This document shows, piece after piece, positions 51,027 to 62,853 of a DNA stretch of 64,000 bases. Numbering within the stretch: the first letter of the stretch is position 1; each line of letters starts with the position of its first letter. A program made the position numbers and the translations under genes. The stretch lies in NCBI GenBank assembly GCA_965202585.1, contig OZ241831.1, positions 5,332,001-5,396,000 on the forward strand, written 5' to 3'. Below the pieces are notes generated by a model. The model worked only from the letters and a program-made list of their open reading frames with translations. It made no database searches and was not told where the DNA came from. This DNA comes from Thalia democratica. Lineage: Eukaryota.

Positions 51027-51216
51027 TATTTCTAACACCATCTTTACTGCTGGAAAATTTATTCAACTCTATCAAATATTTTGAAAATTCTACATTTTCC
51101 AACAACTCGAACCTGCAACACCTCATACTCAGCGACAATCGAGCTTCCAGTGACGTCATATTCCACGTTTTGTCATTTCTCCCGCTGAAAAACCTCGTTA
51201 CGCTTGACTTGTCGAA
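51027..51216 (+). pseudogene. Orphan duplicate of LRR receptor exon 5
   Basis: Aligns to 40034-40226 with one in-frame 3-nt deletion; AG and GT are retained; no other LRR exons nearby. Confidence 0.8.
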
Positions 51217-52284
51217 GTAGGTCAATGTTTTTGATAGATTGTAAAATGATAACATGTAACTAAACTAAAATTGATATTAGCCAAAAATCAAATTGAGATC
51301 TCTGATCATGTTTTTTCGATCAGTTAGTGTGTATTTTTATGATGAATACGTTGATTCTAAAAACTTGCTCAAATTTTAATTAAATTAAATAAACATAAAA
51401 AAGTGGTTATAGTTTTGTTTAGTATTTTGTATCAATAAATATTGTAAGAATGCAACAAAGTTTTAAAATAGTTTATAATCACTTTTAGGTGACATTTTTA
51501 TTTATTGTTTAAAAGCCTTGACAAGCTTTAGATGAAATCTCAAGTCTCCTTACTTTTTTTTGAATAACTTAAGTAGAACAAAACTGTTTTAAGTGTTAAG
51601 TTAGTTGCTAAACGTTATATTATAACTTAAAATCGCTTTCTTTAAGTTAAAGATACTAAAACATTTTTAGATGCATTTTTTTATTTTCAACTTAACATTA
51701 CACAACATATTTAAACTTAATAATATTTCTCTTCAGTAAGTGTTACAAAGTTAGCTGTCCTGGACAAGACGTTAAAATGTATCAGTGGTGTGCAACTTGA
51801 CAACCGAAAGGTTCTTTTTGCACCAGGTCTTAAGATCAAATGTATTGAGCGTTTTTATTTGTCTTTCAATAAAGTATAATTATAATAAGGTTGTTTTAGG
51901 TACACATTTTCCGTTGATTAAAAACTTTTTAATCAATAATTTTCAGTTAAAAATGAAAACTTGTTTTTTCGAAATTTTGTTTAAAAACTAGGTTAATTGA
52001 ATTTTTTATTTTCTTATTATATTTTTAAATAATTTTCACTGGTGAAATGGCAAAAAAATAAATTAGCTATCAAGGGTAAGTTAGTCATTAAGAATAATTT
52101 CGCTATTTAAAGAAAGATAGTATGTAATCAAAAGTAAAAAAGCTATTGAGGGTTACGTGACGATTCAAACTCAGATAAATCAAATTCTTTGAAAAAAAGT
52201 TAAAGACATTATATCTTACTAAATAGTGTATTCTTTTTAAAATGATTAAATAACTATTTAGGTCTTATTAATGGGTAGCTGTCT

Positions 52285-52469
52285 AAATTGCGCGAGCGTA
52301 CAAAATTGCACGAGGAGAAAAAATTGCACGAAGGTTCACTTTTGCACGTAGACACTTATGCACGAGAGTATATTTTTGCACGAGCAGACAATTTTGCACG
52401 CAGACACTTTTGCACGAAGGGTCACTTTTGCACGAGTGACAATTTAGCATGGAGGGTTAATTTTGCACC
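52285..52469. repeat. Array of 11 degenerate 16-19-bp units with (T/A)TTGCACG core
   Basis: Cores are separated by variable 6-8-bp linkers; one inverted core at 52675-52685. Confidence 0.9.
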
Positions 52470-53949
52470 TTGAGAACTTGAGCAAGAAATCCCTCAAATA
52501 GCGTTGCTAAGAATTTAGGTAAAACTTGTATGGGTCATATATTTCAAAAGAAATAATAAACTGGGAAAAATATTACAACATCATAAAACAGAACTATACA
52601 AATCTTTTAAGAATAAAAATTAATAAAAAAATTTTTTATTTTGCATAAGAGGTTGTATACTGAAAAACAAAAATCGTGCAAAATTGGAATTTTTCTGAAA
52701 ACTTTGTTCAGGTTTATGGTATAAAAAATAAAATTCAAAAAAAAGTTTATAGCATCATTAAACTCATTTTAATAAGTATGTTTAAAAAAAAATATAAAAA
52801 AATTTATTTTTTTTTGAGAAAAGGTTGTATAAATAAAAAATAGAAAAAAACACAACATCTTTAAATAGACCCACTCAAAAAGTCAAACCCCAATTCAATG
52901 GATCATTTTTTGATTAAAGACAAAGGACCGTTTTCTAGAATAAAAAAAAGTTTTTAATTAGCTATTAAGATAAGGAAAATAATTGGGTCTTAAGTTTGGA
53001 CTTTTTTTAGTATCCTAAAAAACGTTCTCAAGCTAAGTTCACGCTCGTGTCTTCATCTCCATCTGTAAATAATTAGAGTTATTTAGTATTATGTGCTAAA
53101 AAAGCACCTCTAAATATAAACAAAAGAGTGCGTGCATTTTTAGAAATTTTGTCGTAAGTACATACATAAAACAAGAACTTAAAATTAAAAAAATATTTTA
53201 AAAATTAGTGCGTAATACTTATAACATGTACTCACTGCGTACTTTACGCGGGTGTACGTCGCTCTATCTATAGTCTATATTATTAAGGTTTAGTTTAGAT
53301 TTAGAGCGTTTAAACTCTATGCTTGTATTATCAAAGTATAAAATTAAAAGTGTAATATAATTTCACTTTGATATTGGTGCGACATTATCCTAGGAAGTTA
53401 CCTAAAAAAAGTTAATACATATTGCTGTTTTAGATTAACATTATATCATTTAGCAATGTAATTCTAAAGTGATAAACCTTTAGATTTTTAATTATTTAAT
53501 TAATATTTTATTATGTTGTAACTAACAAATTTAGACCATTTTTGCTGCAAACAAATAAAGCATGTTTTATTTTCTTAAAAATACAACACCCAATAAATAA
53601 TGAATATCCACATATCATTGAAAGTAATTTTGTTTTTTGCACTACAATTTTGACTTGTAGTTTAAGACATGAAAACCAGGCAATTAAGCTTAATAACATT
53701 CTACTTAAATAATAGATACCACTTCCAATTTTTAACAGTAAAATTATTGTTACACAACAAGTTACTCTGCTAATTTTTTCTCCAGCTGCATCAGATTTGA
53801 TTTCTTAATTCTCATCAATCAATGAGCCAAATTTTTGAACTTTTCCTTTTCTGGTTTTAAAGTTTTTAAGTTAAAGCAAGCCTCCTGTATGTCATTTAAT
53901 TTTACAAGCCACCTTTTAAGTTAATTAAGATCTCTATCTTGCCTTGAAA

Positions 53950-54914
53950 ATTATGTAAGACACTTATTTCACAATTTGACAGGGTTGCCACTTTACCTGT
54001 AAAAAACTGGAATTTTGATCAAGAAACCTGGAAAGCCTGGAATTTTTAATAATTTTAACATTTTCAGTTGTAAAGTTTTGACTTGACACAAATGATCTAT
54101 CATATAATTAAGATTTTTTGTCATCATCAAAAATTTTTCATTAAATGACATATTTAAAGTAACTTTAAAATATTTTTTCAACATTTTTATACTATTCAAC
54201 ACAGTTTCTTAAATAGAAATTAACTTAAAACTAAAAATAGACCCAAAAATGTGTACTTTTAAAAATCTGGAAGAAATTTAAAAACCTGGAAAAAAATTGA
54301 AAAAACGAGTGACAACCCTGATTTGATCTTATTTTATATAGTTTTTACTAAGCTACAAGTTGCTTTTTACAGATTTTAAAAATTCCAAAAAAAAATTGAG
54401 ATATAGCCAATCAAAGTCTGAGGCAACACATAGTTCCAATTGGGAAGCGCAAACTAAAACAGCAAATAACTAGAAATCACTAAAAAAATCTATATTTTCC
54501 TACGTTTTTAGAGATAAATATCCAAATTTTGAAGAAATGTTTCTTGCAATATTTAAAAAATTGTTTTAAAACTAAATTTAGAAAAATTAAAATATAAAAG
54601 TTGTATAACAAAAATAACAAAAAAAAAACTTTTTTTTTTTAATTCTTTCCAACAGAATTTTCTTAATATATCAAGGAACACTTCCTGAAAATTTGAGGTA
54701 GGTATCTCAAAAAATGTAGAAGAAGATAGATTTTTAGTGAAATAGTCTATGAAGTTTCAGTTTGCTCCTCTCATAAGGAATCTATTGTTGCCTCCAACTT
54801 TGACTGGCTATATCTCAAATTATTTTTTTGAAATCACTTGTAGCTTAGTAAAATCTATATAATATTAGATCAAATTGTTAAAAAAGTCTTTTTACCCCCC
54901 CCCTATGCCCTTAA
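53950..54914. mobile_element. Foldback/MITE with about 200-bp internal inverted repeats and a ...ATGCCC-TTAA end (Kolobok-like, tentative), copy 1
   Basis: 54321-54530 is the imperfect reverse complement of 54690-54875; a homologous copy lies at about 56700-57216. The superfamily guess rests only on the TTAA-GG end. Confidence 0.65.
53980..54320. mobile_element. hAT-like MITE with CAGGGTTG(C/T)CAC terminal inverted repeats
   Basis: 11/12 TIR match; flanked by direct ATTTGA; internal CCTGGAA motifs; inserted in the foldback element. Confidence 0.8.
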
Positions 54915-55134
54915 CAGGGTTTCCCAAAGTGGGCCAAGACAGATATTCAGGAGGCCATGAGGTCATAATTTGAAACTTTCACTAGATACTCTGGTGTTGT
55001 TGATAAAACTCAAAAAAGAAAAGATCTTAGGTATTTTTTATGGTAATTATTTTTGAGTAATAATGTTGAAGGGGGCCACAGCTTTTTCAATTTGTTTAAA
55101 GAGGGCCATTTGAGAAAAAGTTTGGGAAACACTG
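54915..55134. mobile_element. 220-bp hAT/Charlie-like MITE
   Basis: CAGGGTTTCCCAAA ... TTTGGGAAACACTG (13/14 TIR match); TSD not conserved. Confidence 0.8.
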
Positions 55135-55659
55135 CTTGAAATCTTTGTTGGATTGTAGTGTGAACTGTTTTCCATTTACAATTTTTGGTGTTCAGTTGTA
55201 AATATAGTCTTTTTTGTTTTCTATTGATAGTATATTTCTTGTGAATGCAACAACACAAAGTTTTCTTGTTTGTCAAACAAACAAGTTACTCTGTAACATT
55301 TATCTTTAAAAGTTTTTCATTAAAGATATTTTTTTTACTTATACCAAAATCACAGCTCTATAATTCAAATCTGATTATTTAATCTTATGAAAGTTACTGA
55401 ATCTTTTAAAAGTTTATTTAACTTCAATTCTCCTTTAATAGTTTTTCATTTCATAACCTTCACTTTGTGAAACTTGGATTTCATATATATGTCTTTAACA
55501 AAAAAGTATGAAAGAATCTAAACAGATGTATATATCTATTACCAACTTAAATAACTTTAATTGTTTTTTAATATGTATTAGTATTAAATTAGAATACTTA
55601 AACTACATTTCTAGTATGTGTTATTAATGATGAATTTAGTTTTCAGCAATTTTTAAAAT

Positions 55660-55720
55660 ATGAGAATAGCATCCCTGAATTTAGCTTTTCGCGCAATCAT
55701 AATGGGACCCCCAGGATCTG
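55660..55720 (+). CDS. AK3: Adenylate kinase (AK3/AK4-like), first coding exon; remainder not found in window
   Basis: MRIASLNLAFRAIIMGPPGS-G|GTAAGT matches the adenylate kinase P-loop start (RAVIMGAPGSGKGT in AK3); strong donor. Only 20 codons are visible, so subfamily is tentative. Confidence 0.75.
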
Positions 55721-56699
55721 GTAAGTTAAACTGCTATACTTGATAAATAAAATTAAGAAAAATGTTTTTTTTTATGTGAATTAAAGCTTTTAAAGAAAGT
55801 TTTATTGAAATATGAAGTTTAAGCTTATATAAGTAAACAAAAAATTATTTTACTTAGCTTATACCATTTACATCTTGTGAACTTTAATTCATTAATAATG
55901 ATGGACTTTGCTAACTTAGCTTTCTTAAAAGATTGAAAAAAAATGTTGAATCAAATAAAAATTTCAGTATTGATTCAATTGATTAGTGCTGGTAACTTTT
56001 TATTTTATTATATCTTAAAGATGGTTTTTAATGATGCCAACGAGATTTCATATCTTACAAAATATTATTAAACTCAACAATTGATGCATATTGTGTGAAA
56101 AAAAGCTTTTGCTGGTTTAGTTTGTATAAAACTACTTTTTCAATAGTATAAATATTGTAGTTATGCTTCTCTGACAAGTGTTTAATATTAAAAGTTAAAA
56201 AAAAGTCCACTCTAAATCTTAACATTTGCAATGTACATTGTTATTTGTTAAACAATTAGCATCTAAAAATCAAAAATCATAGTTTTTGGGAATGAAATTA
56301 ATCTTAATTTTGTAAGCAGCAATATGCTACAACCAGAAGTAAACCATAAATTTGCAAATTAAACATCAGTCAACTTTTCACTGCAAACCTGAAATCCTTA
56401 AATTTTCTTAAAAATCAAATATCTAAAACACTTTATAATAAAGCAGAACAAAGTTTAGTATAATAGCTGTTTAACAAAACAGCAGTTCTTACAAAATAAA
56501 TGGCAACAAAAATTGTCATGATAAAAAACATTTAAGGGCCACACCAATCATGAAAAACGCTACCAGTTTACTAAATCCTAAATTTATTAGCAACTATACT
56601 ATTTACAATCTCCTACAATATTTCACTGATTGTTTTATTTTTCACAACCTTTAAAAATTAAGTCTTGTAGAATTTTTTAATTTTCTTTTGTAGTTACTA

Positions 56700-57216
56700 A
56701 AAATTTAGTACAGAGTGGTAAATCACTTTTTTCATAATTTGATCTTATTTTGTAGAGTTTTAATTAAGCTACAAGATTCTTTTTACTGATTTAAAAATTT
56801 CAAAATAGTTTTTGAGCTATAGCAGGTCAAGGTCAGAAGCAACAATAGGTTCCTTATGGGAGGCGCAAAGTAAAATACTTTACTAAAAATCTATTTTCTC
56901 CTGGGTATTTTGAGATAAATACCTTATTTAATAAATGTTTATAAAAATCTCTAGGAAGATTTTTTTTTAAATATAAAAAAGTTAACAAAAAAATAATTCC
57001 AACATAATTTTTCAAATATTGCAAGGAATATACTCTGAAAGTTTGTGGTAGTTATCTCAAAAAAAACGTAGGAGAAGATAGATTTTTAATGATTTCTAAT
57101 TATTTGCTGTTCTAGTTTGGGCCTCTTATAAGTGGCCTATTGTAGTCTCTGACTTCAACCGATATCTCAAAAATAATTTTGAGTTTTAAAAACAGTAACA
57201 CAACCTATGCCCTTAA
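56700..57216. mobile_element. Foldback/MITE copy 2 (same family as 53950-54914)
   Basis: Colinear blocks (TTTGATCTTATTTT, AAGCTACAAG, GAGATAAATA, GAAGATAGATTTTTA) and end CCTATGCCCTTAA. Confidence 0.7.
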
Positions 57217-58945
57217 ATAACTCTATTCAATATATTTTTTTTAGATATGGTCTCAGTAACACACTTAAAAACGCAAAAAGCAGTACCAGCCTTAACAAGA
57301 TAAGGTAGATATGCAGCATCAATTTTTAAGCAATTACTAAATATACATTTGGTTTATATATTGAAACTTAGTTGTATCGATTAAGATTATATTGGCAGAA
57401 GCATTTTTATTATTTGTTCAACAGACGATTAAGTCTAGCTGTGTTTTCAATAAAACTTTGTTAAAGTACTTTGAAGAACTTAACTCCTTGATTTTTTAAC
57501 TGGGCTAACCCAAAGTATCTTATGTTATCTTAGTTCCATTCATGCATACGTTTTTAGCAGTTTTACTTTCAGGAAATATTTTAGTGGTATTTTTTTTAAA
57601 CTGGAATTTATTGACCAATTTCCTTTAACACATTCTTGAGTCAAATATATTTCACATTTCTTAAGTCAAAGATATTGTTTACTTGAAAAAAAAACTAAAA
57701 CAATCATAAAAACAAAAACACACAAGTTTTATTTAGTAAAAATGATTTTGTATCAAAAATTTGTATGTTAAAATTTTGTATGTTAAAATTTTGTTGTTTG
57801 AAAGTTTGTTAAAAAATAAACTTAAAAATCTTGTTGAAGAATTCCTTTTCTAAGTCTTCCTACTCAATTAAAAAGTTAATTGGTTTGACCTTGAAGGCGT
57901 ATTTTTTCTAAAAGCTCTAGCACATTAGGATTATGCATTAGTTTAGAAACTAAAAATTATTACAATCAAATTATAAATTTGTTAAAATGCTAACTTATCC
58001 AGTAATTTATTAATGACAATTGGCTTGATTAAACTTCATTTATGATTTCTAAAAAACCATCAAATTGTAGTAACAGCTTTTAAAATAATTTAGATATAGG
58101 TAGACCTTTAAATGTTTATAAATACCATTCTTTTGCATATATTTAAGTGCTTTAGGAACTAACAAACTCCCTTGTCAAAAATACTAAGCACTCACAAAAT
58201 TACTAAAAACAATATAAATTGTGTGAAATTAAATTAAATATAAAAAAAAGAACAATTAAAACAAAATTGATAGTTTGAATATGTTGATAGTTACTCTTAA
58301 TGCTTTATCAGGACCAAGCTGATTATTCAATTTGTTAAAGTTTTTTAATTAGTAAATCTTCTGTAGATAATAGATCAATATAAGAACTGCATGTTTTAAT
58401 GATTTCTAAACAATTATAAATATTGTTATTATTTTAAGTATGCACTATTCTCAATATGTTAAAATACTGCTCTATTAGTTGAGAATTACGTGCTCCTTGA
58501 TTCTTTGAACAAAAATTGTCTTTCAGTCTCACCAATACATTGGTTGTTCAAATCACCTGGACACGTAAACTTCTAGACTAAGCAACTTTGATTCATACAA
58601 TCTATTGAGGAGAAATATTTCCCTGCCTTTTGTGTTTTATCTGCAGTATGTGTTTTTACTCCTATCTCTTCAAACATAGATTTGATGTTCTTGGATATCT
58701 TTCTAACATATGGTATTGTAATGTATTAAAGTTTATTGCAAACAAAATACAAAATAGAAGTACTTTTTGGACACGCTCTTCAGTATTTTTTGGTGTCAAA
58801 ACAAGCTGAAATAATGATTTACTGATAAAAACTAATAAAACTAAGTATTTAAGAAAACAAATTAAATTTAACACAATAGTAATAATTAACAAATTAAGGC
58901 AATCGTTTAATCAGAAGTAATATAAATGTAACACAACTTTACTAA

Positions 58946-59550
58946 TCAACTAATTAATAAGTTCAACGAATTAAACAAAATGGTCGAATAAACAAATTTC
59001 TTTTGTTTACAGAGATCTGGCTTAAAGCTTAAAATGTATATAGCTTTTAAAGTTTTTAGGTGAAATTCATTACGAGCAACTGATATTATTTTGAAGTTAT
59101 CCACTTTATAGTTTTCGACACACTTAGGATTAGTAATCAGGTGTTGGCCAATTGCTGAACTGCTATTTAGTTTTTTCAAATCATCAAATTTCTTTTCCTC
59201 ATTACATGACTTTATCTTGTTTAAAAGGTTTTTTGGTATGTGTTGGTTAATTCTTGCAATCAAATTGTTACTCGTTCTACCCACGTATGTTATTTTACAT
59301 AAACATACAAATTTATAAATTTGGGTGGGTAATTTATCTTTGTTTTTAATCTGAAACAGTTTATTGGTTGAGTATACTATTCGTAAATTAACAGATCTAT
59401 AGCCATTTTCTACTATTTTCTTCAAATTATTATACAAAACTGTATTCTGATTGTATGGCAACTGGTATACTGGACACTTTTTTGGACCAAATTTTATTGA
59501 CTCAAACCTTGTCTTTGTTTTTTGTATGGTGTTCTTTATTATGTCTAGAG
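58946..59550 (-). mobile_element. Penelope-like retroelement, GIY-YIG endonuclease portion
   Basis: ...FGPKKCPVYQLPY...IYKFVCLCKITYVGRTSNNLIARINQH...SAIGQHL...FKII is typical of the Penelope GIY-YIG region. Confidence 0.9.
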
Positions 59551-62500
59551 CAGGGGTTGGCAGGCAGTTGGTGGTCGCGGGCCAAATTTCAAATTTACAA
59601 AGTCCTTGCGGGCCGCAGTTTTAGTTTTAGTGACATTTGAATAATCTTTTGGTTCCAGTTTTAGTCACACGAGAGAAAAGTTTTACTTTTATTCACCTTA
59701 TCATTTTAAATGACTTTTAGTTATACATAGAATGCTTAGTTAAAAATACATTTATTAGAATAAAATTTACATTGACTAATATACTTAAGTGTTAATAACT
59801 ATGTACTTTCATAAGCATTAATAAGTTAAACTTAATACTTTTGTAACTTTACTAACAACCTAACTCTTTATAAAAAACAAATTTGAAAGACAATTTATGG
59901 GTTACTTTTATATATTTGTTATACTATTAACCCCTTTTTTCATATTTCTAAGGATATTTACTTCAAAAAAATGTTTTTGCGTGTTAAATAGTTTACATTC
60001 ATTAAAAAATTTAGTAATTAGTTAACTTAATAAAATTAATACCTGTTTGTATTCCAGAAAGCTAGAACAAATTCTTTAAGATAATTAATTCTCGAATACT
60101 TAAATAAAATATCTTATTAGTAACTAGTCTTTTATATAGTTGCCACTTAAAAAGCAAAAATGTCTGAGTTGTATCAAACCAGCCTAAGTTTATTAAAAGT
60201 TGAAAAAACTAATAAATCGTTGTTAATTAAGCTTAAATACCTAGTAAAAATATCATCATCATCAAAAAGTACACATAGTGTAAGAAAACAAGAAAAAACT
60301 ACAATTAGTAAACTACACTACAATCATAAAAACTATTCTGGAAATTAAAAGATTTCTTTAAAGTGTTTGAAATAAAAGTTTCACACAAACCTAAGTTTTT
60401 AAGCTTTTAAAATAGCCTGTTTGTGTAGCAACCCAGTTAAAACAAAGTTCACAGCATAAAGAAATAACGAAAGTTATTAACAGTAAATAAATTACATGCC
60501 AAAAAAACTTACAAGTCAGCTGGAATGGACAATTAAGTTTCTTAAACAATTTTAACAAAAGTATTAAACTTTATTGAGTCATTAGCAAAATAGAAAAACT
60601 TGTTTTTTATTAAGCATTATAGCAATTCTTTATCTGCAATAAGAATATTGCATTTAAAAATATTAATTGCAAAATATTAGACGAGCTACAAAAATAAAAA
60701 AAAGTTAGTTAGGAGTTATTGCGAGAAACGATAAAAAAACAAATCACTAAAATCAGTTCCAACAAAGCACAAAATTATTTTTAGTTACCTTTGTATTGGT
60801 GCATTGCAGCTTTACTTTACTCAGAATTATCAGAAAAAAACTGTTAAGGAAAGTTATAAAGTAGCAAAACTTATTATTTAAAATGAGATACCGTTTATAA
60901 TTGAAAACTTTTTTAAAGAATTTATGTTGGTAGCAATGAAAAACTTTTGTTTATTTCTTCAATGACAACAAAAGGTTGTATTTAGAAAATGCATTAAGGT
61001 TATAAAGTCGCATAAATCAAATTAAGACTTTAATCAATATGTTAACAAGAGAACACTGATAGAAAAACTATTGCTCATCTGAGAATTTTTATTAGAGATG
61101 TTTTTACTAACTTTTACATTTTAGTAGAATTTCTTGGTTTAGTTTCAACATGAAGCACAACAATCGGTGAAATTTTACAAGTAAAGCTGCAATGCACCAA
61201 TACAAAGGTTTTAGAAGTACAATTCCTTCTTTTTATTTTAGTATAAAGTTTAATTAAAGTTTATAATGTGTCTTAAAAAATATATCAATATTAAAAAACA
61301 TTGTTAAGCTACTTTAGTATATTTTTTAATAAAGAAATGTTTATTTGCTAAATTTTTTGTGTCAAATCGAAATTTCATTACTTTACATTGAAAAATTGTT
61401 TGAAATTCCAAGTTTATTCAAAAAATCTCAAATTCAAGTTTTTTTCCAGAACTTTTAAGCATTAATTTTCAAGTTCAAAGCTTTTCCGGGACTCAAGTTT
61501 TTTTAGCAACACTGATTGTTCACACTTAAATGTACATAATAATATAAATAATATATTGAATTATATCAGCTGGGAGACTTAAAATTTAACATATATTTTA
61601 ACTCAAACTAACACTGTGAGTTGAGCAAAACATACATCATAAGTTTAATTTGCCACTTTTTCTAGCAAAAAGCCAGCCTAAGTCAACAAAAACATTTCTG
61701 ATATTTTTGTATACAAAAAACAGTTCTAGCCAAAAACTTATAAAATGACTTAGTTGGCTTGAGATTTGAAGTCTACAAATAGCGATAGTCTAAGTGTGTG
61801 TCAATGTTTAGTTGTTTATTAGCTTGAATTTGAACTATTTTGATTAACAGTGTACAACCTTGATAAATTTACCATCCCTAAGTCTAGTTTATATTAATTA
61901 GGTAGCTCCAAAAATCAGCAAATGTGTGTATTGATATGCAAGGCATAAAAGTTAACTTAGTTTTACAAAAACAATGTTTGAAAAATGAAAATGTATACCT
62001 AACAAAAACTATTTTAATTTATATCATATATACTGTTTTAAATGTGTCTGTACAAATTTAGATGATACATGTAGAAACAACAATGTTAGATAATTATGCA
62101 TAAACTAAACTTAGACTAACTAAAGCATTAGATAAAAAGTGGTTTAAAATATGAGGATCTTTTTAAGTTGGTGTGCATATAAATTAATTTAAGTACAAAG
62201 AAAACTTCTAAAAAATTAAAATGTGTCAAAAGAAAAATTAAAAAAAACTTATTTCTTATTACTATGTTATTTTAAATGTTTTTACACTAAAATATAACAT
62301 TTACAAATTAAAAAATCTATAAAAAAAACTTAGGTATAAAAAACAGTGAAAAGGAATATCAAAGCTATAAAGAAATGACACTTTAGTTAATTACTGTGAA
62401 TTACTTTTGTACAAAATGGAAAACACTTGCATTTAGTTTATTTAATAAATATATATTATATAACTAACTTATTAAGTTCAAGCACTCTTTAAACTCTTTT

Positions 62501-62853
62501 TTCAGATAATCACTTGCTGTTGTAAAAAAGAAGTTATTATGAAACTCAGAAAAATATCCTGTTAAAATGCTAATTTGTCTTTTTCACATTTTTAAACTAA
62601 AGCGGTAATTTCTTCTAATTATTTTTAAATATTATACAGACTTAAAACCAAACTAATCAAATTAAATCGAGTTACCGAAAAAAATTTAGCTTGAAACATA
62701 TTTTTGCTCAGCGGGCCACATTTACATGCTTGCGGGCCGTAAAATTTTCTTTTGCGGGCCGCATTCCATTTAAAAAAATAACGTGCTTGCGGGCCGCAGA
62801 TTTACCCTTCGCGGGCTGCAATTGGCCCGCGGGCCGCAGTTTGCCGAACCCTG
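59551..62853. mobile_element. 3303-bp non-autonomous hAT (Charlie-like) element
   Basis: TIRs CAGGGGTTGGCA / TGCCGAACCCTG; perfect 8-bp TSD GTCTAGAG (59543-59550, 62854-62861); repeated GCGGGCCGCA subterminal motifs at both ends; no transposase ORF. Confidence 0.92.
60787..61209. repeat. Perfect 31-bp inverted repeat pair
   Basis: ACCTTTGTATTGGTGCATTGCAGCTTTACTT (60787-60817) and its exact reverse complement (61179-61209). Confidence 0.92.

Noticed and set aside
51750-51840. Possible SINE remnant (GCTGTCCTGGACAAGACGTTAA)
   Set aside because: Only a short resemblance to SINE core motifs; no A/B boxes or tail recognisable.
52285-52473. CRISPR-like array and 61-aa ORF
   Set aside because: Eukaryotic context, repeats degenerate and too short, linkers only 6-8 bp, no cas genes; the ORF is just the translated repeat.
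58500-58945. Hammerhead ribozyme or pseudo-LTR at the Penelope 3' end
   Set aside because: No CTGANGA...GAAA core with pairing stems could be identified by eye.
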